Below, one piece after another: positions 1 to 35,600 of a stretch of 64,000 nucleotides of DNA. The first letter of the stretch is position 1; every line of letters starts with the position of its first letter. Made by a program: the position numbers and the translations under genes. Source of the stretch: Balanoglossus misakiensis (lineage: Eukaryota; Animalia; Hemichordata); the NCBI GenBank assembly GCA_040954595.2, contig CM082594.2:10110296-10174295 (forward strand). Direction: 5' to 3'. The notes beneath the pieces are model-generated. The model made no database searches, had not been told where the DNA came from, and saw nothing but the letters and a program-made list of their open reading frames with translations.

Positions 1-23669
<23,669 letters not shown>

Positions 23670-24949
23670 GTTCCACTCCCCTAAAGGTAAAACCAGACCA
23701 CACTATATCCCACGGATTATGGAGAAGTACTCCCTAAAATAAAATAAAACATGAATGTATGCGTATACATCAGCCAAATCACACATCAATTACTCTTATC
23801 CATTTTTGATTCATTGATGATCATAACAATCAAATTTTAACATTCTGTCCCAATTTGGTTGAACTGACTGCTCTAAACTGTACAAACTCCATATATACCG
23901 GAAATTTAAGGGGCGGAGTGGACTGATCTGTTTGTACAGCAAAAGATATGGATTTTGATTCAGATTAGATTTTATAAGTCGTTCAGTATCCATGGTAATT
24001 GGGTGATCTGATGTTGGAACTAGCGCCGATCTTAGTCATAATAAGCCCTTTGAGACCTTATCAAAGTCATGTGACTCATATTGACCCATTTTTTTTTCTC
24101 TAGCATAGGATCACAAACAAGATACATGTACATGTACATGTATGACCTGTCAATACACTCTGACCTCAATCACACATCAAATTCGCATAATGTACTTATT
24201 ATCATAAAACATGTATGAGATAAGGCATTGTAAAGTTGCATGGGTAAACCACAATGTTTGTACCATTTTAGAAGATTTTATTACTTTATTACCATCAAGT
24301 GTTAAAATAGTTTCAAATTTATAGTTTGACATTCACCCAGCCTACTTAACTATATACATGTAACATAACAAGTATGAGATCTCTATTCCTCATACATGTA
24401 CCTGTTCCCAACAGCAGGAACATTGCATTTGCAGGGAGGGTTTAAAATAAGGAAGTGGCCCCTGTTTCAAATCAACCAGAGTTCTGCAAACCCTTAACCA
24501 GGCATAAATCTTTACAGGTGTGTCGTCTCTAACTCTTAGATTGTTATGTGATTGTGAGATAACATTCTACTTCCGCCTTCATCACCTTTCTACCTCAGCG
24601 ATTGGCTATAACAAGGAAGAAATGAACAACATGCACTACCTTTCCAGAGCCTTGGAAGGATCTTGAAAAAAAAATCTGTGAAATAAATTGACAAGAAGTT
24701 TCTTGTATGGAAGTGAGCTATACGCGATGGTTTCCACAGTCGACAGGAAGCAACTGTACAATGCTAAAGGCCAATCATTATAATGTTCTGGTAAGCTTCG
24801 AGTCGATCATGATATCATATCATATCATCGAACTCTAGAATCGTTGTTGTCATTAAAACTACGATAGAATTTTTCATCCCCAAAGCACGGGAGATTGACG
24901 ACAGTGTGCTTAGACTCGTCATGACGACGGTATATTGATTATAAACTTT

Positions 24950-25340
24950 AAATTTTACCTGAACATGCAGTTGTTGCGGTTGAAAGTTTCGCTACCTTGT
25001 AATCCAATCACTCGATGCTATCGACTGTGTTCACAGAGCAAGCCCAGCCAGTGATGTTCACACAGAGACGCTCGACAACCTACTCACGGAACTGCTGGCG
25101 GTCTTGCGACCAAAACTAGTTACCGTAGCGCTATGAACATCAGCGGGAACACTTCGTCGGCCACCGTTGACAATAACGCTTCTAAACTGGACCACAAAAC
25201 AGTATCATTTCGGGACGTTTGGTAACGCCATTTTCGACCGCTACCTTGCCTTGCAATGAACAACAGTCGCTGAACAGGTATCAGCACGTACCATTCGGCG
25301 GGAGGGGTGAGCTGGCGTCGATGGCAACGGGTTTTCCCGA
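24950..25340 (-). promoter_or_regulatory. Probable promoter and non-coding first exon of PPP1R16
   Basis: Locally CpG-rich. YY1-type AAAATGGCG on the minus strand at 25226-25234. The first coding exon begins at an acceptor (AG at 23682-23681), so an upstream exon is required. Confidence 0.5.
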
Positions 25341-26187
25341 CTGGCTTCTACATTGAATGCTGTATTATCGAACATTTGAAAAATGACGAAAGTAATTAAA
25401 ATGACAGTGGACTCGATGTTCCCTCCTAATGTCATCTAAATAAACTTATTCGCGCAGGATAAGCGGGAGGGACAACAGAGCCCTTCTTGATGACCCTACA
25501 GGGTCAGGTTCCTAATTTGCATATAACTGTCCCAGGCCCATCAACACCTGGGGTGACCATGTCCTCAGGTACCCCGGGGCCAGTGTATTTCTTTCTTCGG
25601 GGGAGTCCAGGGGATTGGTGTGGTGACACCTTGTTTCTGGTAATTGAAGACGGGGTAACCGTGCCCTGTTTATTTTGGCAACACAAGTCCCCTCCAGACC
25701 ACCATTTCAACACTTTTAGTTTACCTATGTCATATTTCTTAAATTAATTGTATTTTTGTGTCATATTTAATATTAGCCATGACATCACCCTATGGAGATT
25801 TAATGTTGAACTTTAGTTTGTTCATATTCTGTTTGCTCAAAAATTATTCTCCTAAATTTTGTTGATAATTTACAGTAAAAATGAATAGACACACAGCAAA
25901 CTTTCTTTCAATTGATGGAGATTTCAATCGTGGCTACTGTGCAGGGAGGTTATTTACAACAAAAAGTGGGTCAACTTCAGCAAAATATGTTTGGGCACAA
26001 TTCATTTGCCACCAAATATCAGAAGGAACTATGTTTTAGAATTATAAACAGCTATTAAATTAATATTTTGGATTGCGGTAAACATGAGGCCGTCATCAGG
26101 GGATGCGGCACACAGCGCCATCAGTGGACAAAAATGATCTCATCTTTTGTTTTCCTCAATTTGTACAAACTTGTAATAAGCTCTAAC

Positions 26188-26218
26188 TACACACACACAC
26201 ACACACACACTACACACA
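26188..26218. repeat. (AC)n microsatellite
   Basis: Run of AC dinucleotides seen directly. Confidence 0.9.
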
Positions 26219-26715
26219 GGGTGTATAAATTTCAAAATAAGTTTTAATCAATAATTAGCTTCAATATATCAAAATACATACATGTATATCGTACAATAAA
26301 ATCAACTTTTATCATTAACTAGCTTTTATATATGAAACCAAACAAGTATTAGCTTAATTTGTAAATAATAGTCTACTATTGACCTCACGCAGACTAAGAT
26401 CTTTCTAACTGTTTTGAAGATATTACATAAAAAGTTCACTCTTTGTAAATATCAAAACACACATTAGATAAACCAATAGATATTCACTTGACATGCTATT
26501 TCAAGATCTGATTGGAAATTTGAAATTAAATATACATAATTTCATAAAATCATTATTAACTGTGATGGCTCATCGTAATTAAAAAATATATATATACACT
26601 GCATTCACTGTGATATCATGTAGTTATTTTTTTATTATGCCTTTGTTAGAGGACACACTGGTCAGAACACATGCAAGTTCTTCTGCATCTTCGCATAGAC
26701 AGTATGCTAGTTTCA

Positions 26716-27930
26716 CTATGATCTGGACAATGGCACTACACCTCTTGTCGTAAGCATTTCAGCCGTTACTTGACGTCCCACCAATGTTGGCATCCATGGA
26801 TGATTTTCCAGCTCCGACTTCAGAGTGTAACTTTCGAGGTGTGGACATATTTGTAGAATGTCATCCACAGTTTGTGGATCCAAGACACAATAGCAGTGCA
26901 GGGACTTCAACCTCTCTGCGTTTGCGGCCAGAGACAACAACGCGCGCTGAAGCTCTGGGCTTCCTTTCCCGTGGAGTACAAGCTTTTCCAGGGTCTTCCC
27001 ATAGTAGGCAGAGGCCAGCTGTATTTCCTGGTGCAGAGTGGTGAATGTATCCATACGTAGCACTACGACCGGAATGGACGGCTGCAGAATACCGGATATC
27101 TTGTGCAGTGGACACGTGTGGTCAAACCCCAGGCAGACTCTCATGGCCGGGTGTTTCTTGGCCAGAGTTTCCCATGCACTGTCCGGAATATATTTCCCAT
27201 ACTTTTCCTCCCGTCGGCACATAATGGTCATTTTCTTGAAGGGTGCACGGTGTTCTTCGGCCAGGGCCAAAATGACGTCTTCAGAGAGGCTGCAATAGAA
27301 AAGAGCAAGTTCTCGCAGTTTGGGACACTTCTTCACTAGGTTCAGAATACAGTTCTGTGTAACGGTACACGTGTTGCTGTTTAGCGAGGTGTTCAGAATA
27401 TTCAACTTTTCCAGAGTTGGGTGATTTTCTGCCAGTAAATTGAACAGAATATCACTGTAGACCACAGCCATTCCACTCAGGTCGACCTCCCTCAGGGTAA
27501 ACACCATCTTGCATTTGGGATCCGCCGGACCAAAGAGTTCGGCCAAGGCGTTTATGATATCACCACCTTTGAAAAACAGCGGATTTTCACCGACAAAGTC
27601 CAGGGTGAAATCTCGTAACTTTCTTTCTCTGGATCTGGCCAAGCTGGTGATCACTTTACATGCATTGTCTTGGTTGAATCGCTTTTTCTGATCGATGTCA
27701 ATCTTCACCGATTTCAGAACGTGCCCATACTTATCAAGGCACTCCAATAGTGAAGCATCTTCCTCATTCTTGAAGACGAAGTTGAAGTGTTTCCACAGGT
27801 GGGGGTGATCAAAGCATTCCAACCAGGACTTGCACACAAGTGATGCTTGCAATCTTTCTTGCAAGGTCAGGGATTCGAAAATTTGTAACAGAATATGCTG
27901 TGGTAGGCTAGTCCAGGTAAACTTCTCCAT
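26716..27930 (-). CDS. F-box/leucine-rich-repeat protein (FBXL8/FBXL3/FBXL21-like), intronless CDS of about 404 aa
   Basis: Uninterrupted ORF with first ATG at 27930. N-terminal F-box (WTSLPQHILLQIFESLTLQERLQASLVCKSW...LW) followed by LRR-like repeats (LREVDLS, LEKLNI, CPKLREL, LEKLVL, CPHLESY). An acceptor near 28005 and a GTAAGT donor at 28457-28452 imply a non-coding first exon. Confidence 0.9.
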   Translation of the reverse strand: MEKFTWTSLPQHILLQIFESLTLQERLQASLVCKSWLECFDHPHLWKHFNFVFKNEEDASLLECLDKYGHVLKSVKIDIDQKKRFNQDNACKVITSLARSRERKLRDFTLDFVGENPLFFKGGDIINALAELFGPADPKCKMVFTLREVDLSGMAVVYSDILFNLLAENHPTLEKLNILNTSLNSNTCTVTQNCILNLVKKCPKLRELALFYCSLSEDVILALAEEHRAPFKKMTIMCRREEKYGKYIPDSAWETLAKKHPAMRVCLGFDHTCPLHKISGILQPSIPVVVLRMDTFTTLHQEIQLASAYYGKTLEKLVLHGKGSPELQRALLSLAANAERLKSLHCYCVLDPQTVDDILQICPHLESYTLKSELENHPWMPTLVGRQVTAEMLTTRGVVPLSRS

Positions 27931-28139
27931 TTCAGGAACAAATGCCGAAGACTGTTGTGTGGTATGCTTAAATCCAGTGAAATAGTCTAGACAGTGATGC
28001 AAAGCTGGAAGTGAAAGAAATAGTGGGTAAATTAAACCATATTCACACTGGAAAGCAAATGTTTAAGTGACACTATTTGCCAATTGTACACAGCTGGAAT
28101 TTTTGGTTAGATGCCTGTTCCGCAAAGCTGCTACACTGT

Positions 28140-28650
28140 TATGTTGTGATGTTATGGTGTGCGCATGACAATAGTCATACTTTGACGATGACGTCATTCA
28201 AGTGGGTTATAAACCACACTGATATCCTCAGATAAAATAGCTCACATTAAATGTTGACATAAATTCCCTGTCGTGCTGCTTACACGAATAGAAGAACCAC
28301 ACAACTAGCCTTCATCATGTTGTGGTTTGTCAGTGATTATCACCCGTACCAGGAACAATTAAGATCTGAGTCTCTGACATACATTTGTATTTACATAACT
28401 GTGAACCTCTATCCTGACAACGTAAACGCCACTGCCAGAACAGTAAAGTTAACTTACCCAAACAAAGTACTGAATCTGCGTAACAAACACTACAAGACGC
28501 AATGCGCAGTACGTTTTGTTTCACATTCCTACCACCAGCAATCACAGTTACGCATCAGCATTGCAAGCGTCACCATCAAACAGCTGAACATCGTACCACA
28601 ACATGAACTTTGACCTTACCCATAGGTCATCACAGATCCAAGATGGCTGC
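28140..28650. promoter_or_regulatory. Putative bidirectional promoter shared by the F-box gene and TMPPE
   Basis: The two genes diverge. The inferred F-box first-exon donor (28452-28457) is under 200 bp from the TMPPE ATG (28643). There is a CRE TGACGTCA at 28189-28196 and a YY1-like AAGATGGC over the TMPPE start codon. Confidence 0.55.
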
Positions 28651-30579
28651 GCCCTGGAGGTGGCTTGCGTTTATCAGTGTTCCGATAATATTTGTAGTGA
28701 TTTCTACCACTGTATCAAACTATGTAGGTCGTGAAGTGCGAGTGAAGTTGCTCCGACTAAATTTTGTCGTCTCCGTAGAGTTTCTCTTGTTTGCCGGTTC
28801 CATATTCATATGGAAACAGCTAGTTTCGAAGATTTCCTCAACATACCAAAACAACTCGTTGAAGCACAGTGGCGAAAACGGGAAACCGGAAGACGAGGAC
28901 AATATCAGTGGTAATTTCTTACACCAGCTGTGGCGCGCTGCAGTCTTGCTTTTTCTGTGCTTGACACAGCTAAGTTATTTCCTTGGGATGATCTTTGTGC
29001 AAGCAGATCCACTCTGGTTCGTGTACCTCAGCTTCTGTTGCCTGGGAGCTTTTATCATTCTCATCAGCGTTTTAGTTGCCATGGTAATCCTGGAATCTGT
29101 CGTCCTGGCCATCCAGCGTTGTCGACGCGATCAAACCAGGAGACTGAGAATAAATCCGTACATCAGAGCTCTTTTAGTGACAGGGTTGGTCACTGTTTTA
29201 TCCTTGATGGGTGTGAGTCGGGCTAATGAAGGGCCATTTATAAAGAGTGTGGAAATTCCTATTCACAAGCTACCACCATCGATGGACGGATTTAAGATCA
29301 CACAGTTGTCAGACATTCATCTTGGACCAACTGTTGGTAAATCAAAGCTAGAGAAAGCAGTTGACATTGGAAAAGATTGGAACCCAGGTAGTTGTAACTT
29401 TAAGAATGAGTGTTGATTACTTCATGTTCATGGCTTGCATTATCTACGAAATTAAATATATTCCCCTGAAGAAGGGGAGTTTGAAAATACACCACACCTT
29501 AGCAGTAAACTTCTTCTGACCATCTGACTTATATCACCTAATCTTTTCTCATACTTTAAAGACATGGTAGTAATCACTGGTGATCTGGTAGATTCAACTG
29601 TTGATAAACTTAGAGAAGCGGTTGAACCACTGAGGGCACTGCATGCCGAGTATGGAGCATACTTCATCACAGGTATGGAAGCATTTGGTTTGTCATGTCC
29701 CAAGGGAAATGACAGAATTCTATAAACATTAATAGTATACATATATAATGATGCTCAGATGAAATTCTTAGTCTTATTATGATTGCAGGTAACCATGAAT
29801 ATTACACAGGAAATGTAGATGGTTGGTTTCAACACTTGAAAACATTGGGTGTGGAAAGTCTGCACAACCAGCATGTGAAAATCGTAAACAAAGAGAAACC
29901 TGATGACTGGTTTTATCTGGCAGGCACGGACGATTTGCATGCTGATAGAATCGGGTAATATAGTCATGCGACTGATTTCATTGTAGTTGAAAGTTGGTAG
30001 TGATTTCACAAAAGTGATTTCTGAACATTTGTTGGGTGACTCTGATATAACGTATCAAAATGTGACATATACTTTGTATTTTGGTGTCTTATTTTAGTTA
30101 CACAGGTCATGGAATGAATCTAGACAAAGCTTTGGCAAATACAGATGAAAACCATGCAGTCGTACTGTTGGCTCATCAACCGAAAGCTGCAAAACGGGCC
30201 CTGCAATCTGAATATAACATCAGTCTTATTTTGTCGGGTAAGTTCATGTACAGACCCTCTTCACTTCTGTTGAATGCTCACCTCTAACATCTCACTTCTA
30301 TACATGTCACAATTGAATAACTTATTATGATCAAATTGGAGCACAGTGTCCCTGACGCTATTTTTTATCATTATTTGATTTCACGCAGGTCACACCCACT
30401 CTGGCCAGATACTGCCCCTCATCATCGGAGCATACATAAGCAATCCCTTCTTTGCTGGATTATACCAATACAGTGAACACACCTATGTGTATGTCTCGTC
30501 TGGAACCTACTACTGGGGGTTTCCTATGAGACTTGCCACCACACCTGAAGTCACTTACATAACATTGAGAGCCGCGTAG
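28643..30579 (+). CDS. TMPPE: Transmembrane protein with metallophosphoesterase domain
   Basis: Exons 28643-29387, 29562-29672, 29789-29954, 30098-30237, 30389-30579 (TAG), all GT-AG and phase-consistent. About five hydrophobic N-terminal segments, then the calcineurin-like motifs SDIHLG, TGDLVD, GNHEYY, LAHQP and SGHTHSGQ. Confidence 0.93.
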
Positions 30580-31343
30580 TTCATCATCAGTCTCAGGGAT
30601 GAAAGTTATCATCGTGGAACAGAAATGTAATTTTATCTCAGTCAGGTTATTAATATAATATGTTCCTCAGAAATCAAATCTTGAAACTTTTTCTCAATAC
30701 AGTAACTTTCAATTATTCTCTCTTAAAATGGGGGATAAAATTGTGGGTCACTATGCAAAATTCTAAATGAGAGAGAGCAGAATTCCTTAATCATGGACAA
30801 GAATGAAAACTTGTAATTGTTTCCGCAAACTTTAAAAGTACAAACACTCTGCTTGAAATGTCCTTAGATTTTCTGTGAAGTACATTACCATTTACATTTT
30901 AATGAAAATTTGAACTGACTTTTTATTGATCTGATTGTCTCCGTCATCACAAAGAGTTGTTGTAATAGACAAGTGTAATTTTTGTGTTTTGTAGGTTGTA
31001 TGATTATTTGAGATGTATAATTCTTTTATACATGAGATAATGCACCAGACACAATGTATGTTAGGTTGTTTGAAGCTGAAAGATTTTATGAACAAATAAT
31101 TTACATTTTTCAACACAGTGTAAAATCCATGACCTTTTATAAAGCAAGATATTTGCATACATTTACTGATGGAAACTAAAATAACTCAAGGGATTATGTC
31201 ATTGAATTTGTTTTGTAATGAATCTTATATTTCACATTTAAATCACTTCTGTACATTTTTCATTATAAATGAACGTATATTAAATGTTTCATACACCAAG
31301 ACCATTTATATTGTCTTGTTGCCATTATATTTTTTTAGTCTCT

Positions 31344-31376
31344 GTTGATCCATGGATTTTACGTCCATGGTTGATC
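31344..31376. mobile_element. Minimal inverted-repeat insertion or footprint with 7-bp direct repeats
   Basis: GTTGATC + CATGGA-TTTTACG-TCCATG + GTTGATC. Confidence 0.5.
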
Positions 31377-31399
31377 CAAGGAAAAAGCGCAACTCTAAG

Positions 31400-31815
31400 A
31401 TGGTCACGTGACCATAATGCGCATCCTACAGCTATTCCCGACCGTCTTTCTTGACGGACTGTGTATCACCCGACCCTTCGATGAGCGGAATAAAGCGGAA
31501 AGAAGTTAGATCAGTGCTGGATCAGCCATGTGAATGGTGAAACCGCGCTGCGCCCTTTAAAAATGTAAACATTTTAGTGACGTACAAATTCTCGCGGGAC
31601 ACTCTGGCCCCTGGGGTAGCTGCCGGTGCACTTCCGCCTCTTCTCGAGCGAAATATTCTCCAGATAGCAAATGTCTGAAATAAATATTGTTTTATTAAAT
31701 CGTGTGGTTCTTTCGGTATTTGTTGGCAATAGACATATTCATCTCTGAAATATTGGTTAAAACGGGAATAAACGAGACTTGGGAACAACATGGCGGACGC
31801 CGGTTTCTGATCACG
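31400..31815 (+). promoter_or_regulatory. PPIP5K promoter and non-coding first exon
   Basis: CpG-rich. 16-bp palindrome ATGGTCACGTGACCAT (31400-31415) containing the E-box/CLEAR-type core, ETS-type CACTTCCG near 31630, YY1-type AACATGGCGG at 31787-31796, and a donor CG|GTACGT after 31815. Confidence 0.65.
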
Positions 31816-32674
31816 GTACGTACGCGTTGTTCACTTGTTTACTACCGGTACTTTCGTAAAGTCACTAATTTTGACGTGTTTCGGTGGGGGAAACAACCAA
31901 ATTTCCGTATGTTGTATTAGTGCAGAAGATTGCAGCTTATGTTATCCTATAATCGAGTCAATACGTTGTATCAACGCGCAAATGATGACGATTGATCGCC
32001 TAATGTACGTGCACTTGCTGCGCAATGCTTACTGTTTCGAAATGGACATGAAAACACAGCTGTTCGGCCGCAGGGGGGGGGGGTGATATGCTAATTCATT
32101 GCCCCACGGACAGCTGCGTTTTCACAACTAATACATTGCAAGTACAGCTGGCGATCATAACATGAACAAGTGGTACGCCAGGCAGGGCTCGGAGCTACCA
32201 CTCTGGGCAGAATTCCTGGGGGGGGGGGGGGGGGTGACACCTTATCATGCTTGAAAATTGTTCTCCCCAGAGCAGAAATAAAGTAGCCTGGCCCCTATCC
32301 CTATAATTTTGGAAAACAATAGAAAATCATTAACATAATAATAAAAGCTAGTATTGTCATGCTATGCTATAAAAAAACAATCTGGGGAGAATACTGATGC
32401 TCATAGAAATATCCTTTTTTCTATGGCTGTTTTGCACACTTTTTTGTGGGGGAGGCAAGCATATAATACAATATTACCAAAGACTGTGCTAACTCATGTA
32501 GTCTGTGAAATGCAAGCGTCACTTTTACTGGTGTATCTTATATGGGAGTGGAGTACCTGTATTTATGTTGATTAATTGTTACAGATATCATGGATACAGA
32601 ACTTAGAAGTAGGAAATCATCATGAAGATTTAGCGTATATGATTGTACCAGTTTGTACTATTGAACAAGCCACC

Positions 32675-35600
32675 ATGTCAGAGTGTGCTCCTCCAACCTT
32701 CACCATTGGAGATGAAGTACTTCAAATTATAAAGGTAAGCTATACTGTATGTTCCCAGACTGAACTCAGGAGATGAATATCTAGAGGTCAGGCTGACATT
32801 GAAATTCTGGGGACTCGGACTGCACGTATTGTCAGGAATACTTGTGGTTTCCTCTGAAGACATGTTCCTGTGGCTCCCTATATGTAGGGATGTTTGATGT
32901 TAACTTCTGATGAAATATACTCAGAAGAATTTTAGGTGATCTGTAGTTGTTACAGGTTAATTTATGATTAACTTGCTTGGACACAAGTCAGTCGTTGGAC
33001 AATCACCATTCAAAAATGAAACATTTATAGGGAAATACAATAGCGCCCTCTATATATAAGTCCTACCACTTTTTTTTGGGGGGGGGGGGGGCATGTCTGC
33101 ATTTTGAATTCTTGTTAATGTTTTATTGCACAGTCGTGCAATGCATTCAAAATCAGCAGAAGTGTTTACTGACATCGTCGCAGTCATTGACCCGAAAAAT
33201 GTAAGACTGTGTGCCAAATCATAAGAGTATAGACATAGTTCCATGTTCCACTTTGGTATAAATCATGACCATAGTGCTTAGTGATTAATAACATATCTGG
33301 GGTAAGTACAGCTCTGCTTGAAGTACCGGAACCCTTCTTGACACTAAGTTAAATTATTGCTGGTAACAGATCCACCTAATTACATAATTAAGTAATCCTA
33401 ACTCTACCGTACATCCAATGAATATTTGTGGATAAGTGGCTGCTGAGATATAATCATGAATGGTTTGGCCCGTGTCCATTGATTACAAATGATTGATTGA
33501 TCGATGTTTGACTGACAGACTGATTGATTGATTGATTGTAAATGGAGTCAATGTGGGCATGGTTATCTGGCTCAACCTGATCAATAACAAGAAACACAAT
33601 CAGATAGACTGTTGAAGTGATGTCAATCACCAATTTTAGATGTGACCTTGGGCTATTTCTATTCATAGAATGGTAGATGAACTCCCATATGGGACAAGTG
33701 TAAACAGGTGCTCAATAAATTTTAGTTTTTTTAATTCTACTAAATGTGACATTAAATTGCGATGAAATTTGTAGTTACACAGTAGTCTGGTTATTGAACT
33801 TTACGTTTATTGTGGGTACCATTACAAATGCAATTTAAATGGATTCCACTTATGTCCTTCATTGCATGCATTTGGGTCAGTAACCTTCACATGCCATTGG
33901 TTATTAGGCGCCCATGTGACTTCATTGTAGCCACCGAGTGGCCCTCACGTGGGACCCGACAATTGAAAACAATACCTGTCATTGGCCGGTGCGTGATGAT
34001 ATCTGTTAATAACAGTGTTATGCCAGTCAGACTGTCAGTGTGTCATTCAAGCTGGTTGGCCCACTGACCTGGATCACTTGTGAATATTTTGAGCTGAGGG
34101 GGCTGGTTGATCCGAAGATGGGTGCTGTTTCGTTCATTCAGTTTATTCCACACGAGCCGTATCAGCAAACATACATGTAATATAGCTAGTGTTATGTAAC
34201 AACTGCAGCCTTGTAAAAAAATGTTCAGGGATAGACGCCACAGTGAAGGCAGCCTCATGTTGGCCAATGTGTACTGGTCTCTGGCTAAATCTCTCAGGAC
34301 AACAATGGTAAACCTCTTTGTGTTTTCTACTTTTGAATTCATGAACATTTCATCCAGTAAACCAACTCCACTGCATGCATTGAGCAAACGCAGTGTGAGA
34401 ATCTTTGCATTGTTGGTAAATATGTGCATAGTTTTCTCTTTGCAAAAGATGTTGGTATGTTTTGTTTATATTTATCCTAACATTCATATTCTAGTTTAGT
34501 ATGCAGGTCATATTTGCGTTCGTCGAGTGGAAAAAACCCAAACATTTTCTGAATCCGACATTACAACCTTGTATTGGGAAATGACAATTTTCTGGATAAA
34601 ACTCATATGTAGTTATTCAATTAAGTGATATACGTTGTTGAATAATTATTATAGTGTTATTAATGTTTATTGATTATCTTGCTAAAATGTACAGTCTTTT
34701 GTGCAGCCGAAATAATAGACTTTTTGGAAAGTGGAGTGTTTTGTATCTGGAGACTTATGTATATGCAATATGTGTTTAGGTTTTACATAACTGGAAATTG
34801 CCCCTCTTTACAAAAAAATATAAAATATTTATTCATGTGATTGCTAATTTACAGTTCTGCTCTGTGACAGTTTTAATACAACAAAAACACTTCAAAATGT
34901 CTAGATTCCAAACCATTGTTATCTGCATTTGAGTGTTTGTAAAACACCATTATAGTTTGGGACCACTTGATCTGTGATCTCTGTAAACTATAACGTCTGA
35001 TTTTTTGGAAGACAGCTGTCACTCACAAACTGTGACAAAATCATGACAGGTGACAGGCCAATGTCAAATATTGCTGCATAATAGGGTCTCCTGTATGATG
35101 TAATCACAATAAAAGAGACTCTCTATCGTTTCGTTCACAAATCACTCTGGCACAGCCAAAAAGTACATGCTACGTGAAATATTCCCACAGTTCAAAAGGT
35201 GGATTGACAGTTGTAGGTTCCTGACCCTTGATTGGTTGCCCGATTTGCAGACCTGTGTCGCCTTTCAAATGAAGATTAAATACCGCCACCCGCCAATTTA
35301 TCAAGTTAACAGACAGTGGTCGCAGATAAGGCATGCGCTGACAATGTGCCAATTCTCTTAACACCGTCAGACTTTGGTTTAATGCCAGTATTTGGTTTCC
35401 AGGGTAGTGTTTTCCATCTTATACTTCGCAGAGCATGTTGTTTTCAGTTTGAAATTTGACTCACTGACACAGAATGCTTTTGCGGGTACTATCCAAGTTT
35501 GAAATTAAAATAATGAAAAATCTTAGGTAGTGGGACTTTCAAGTCAGATTAATGGATTTTCAGCATGATTTAACATTACTTTTCTTCCCCCCCCCTCTTT

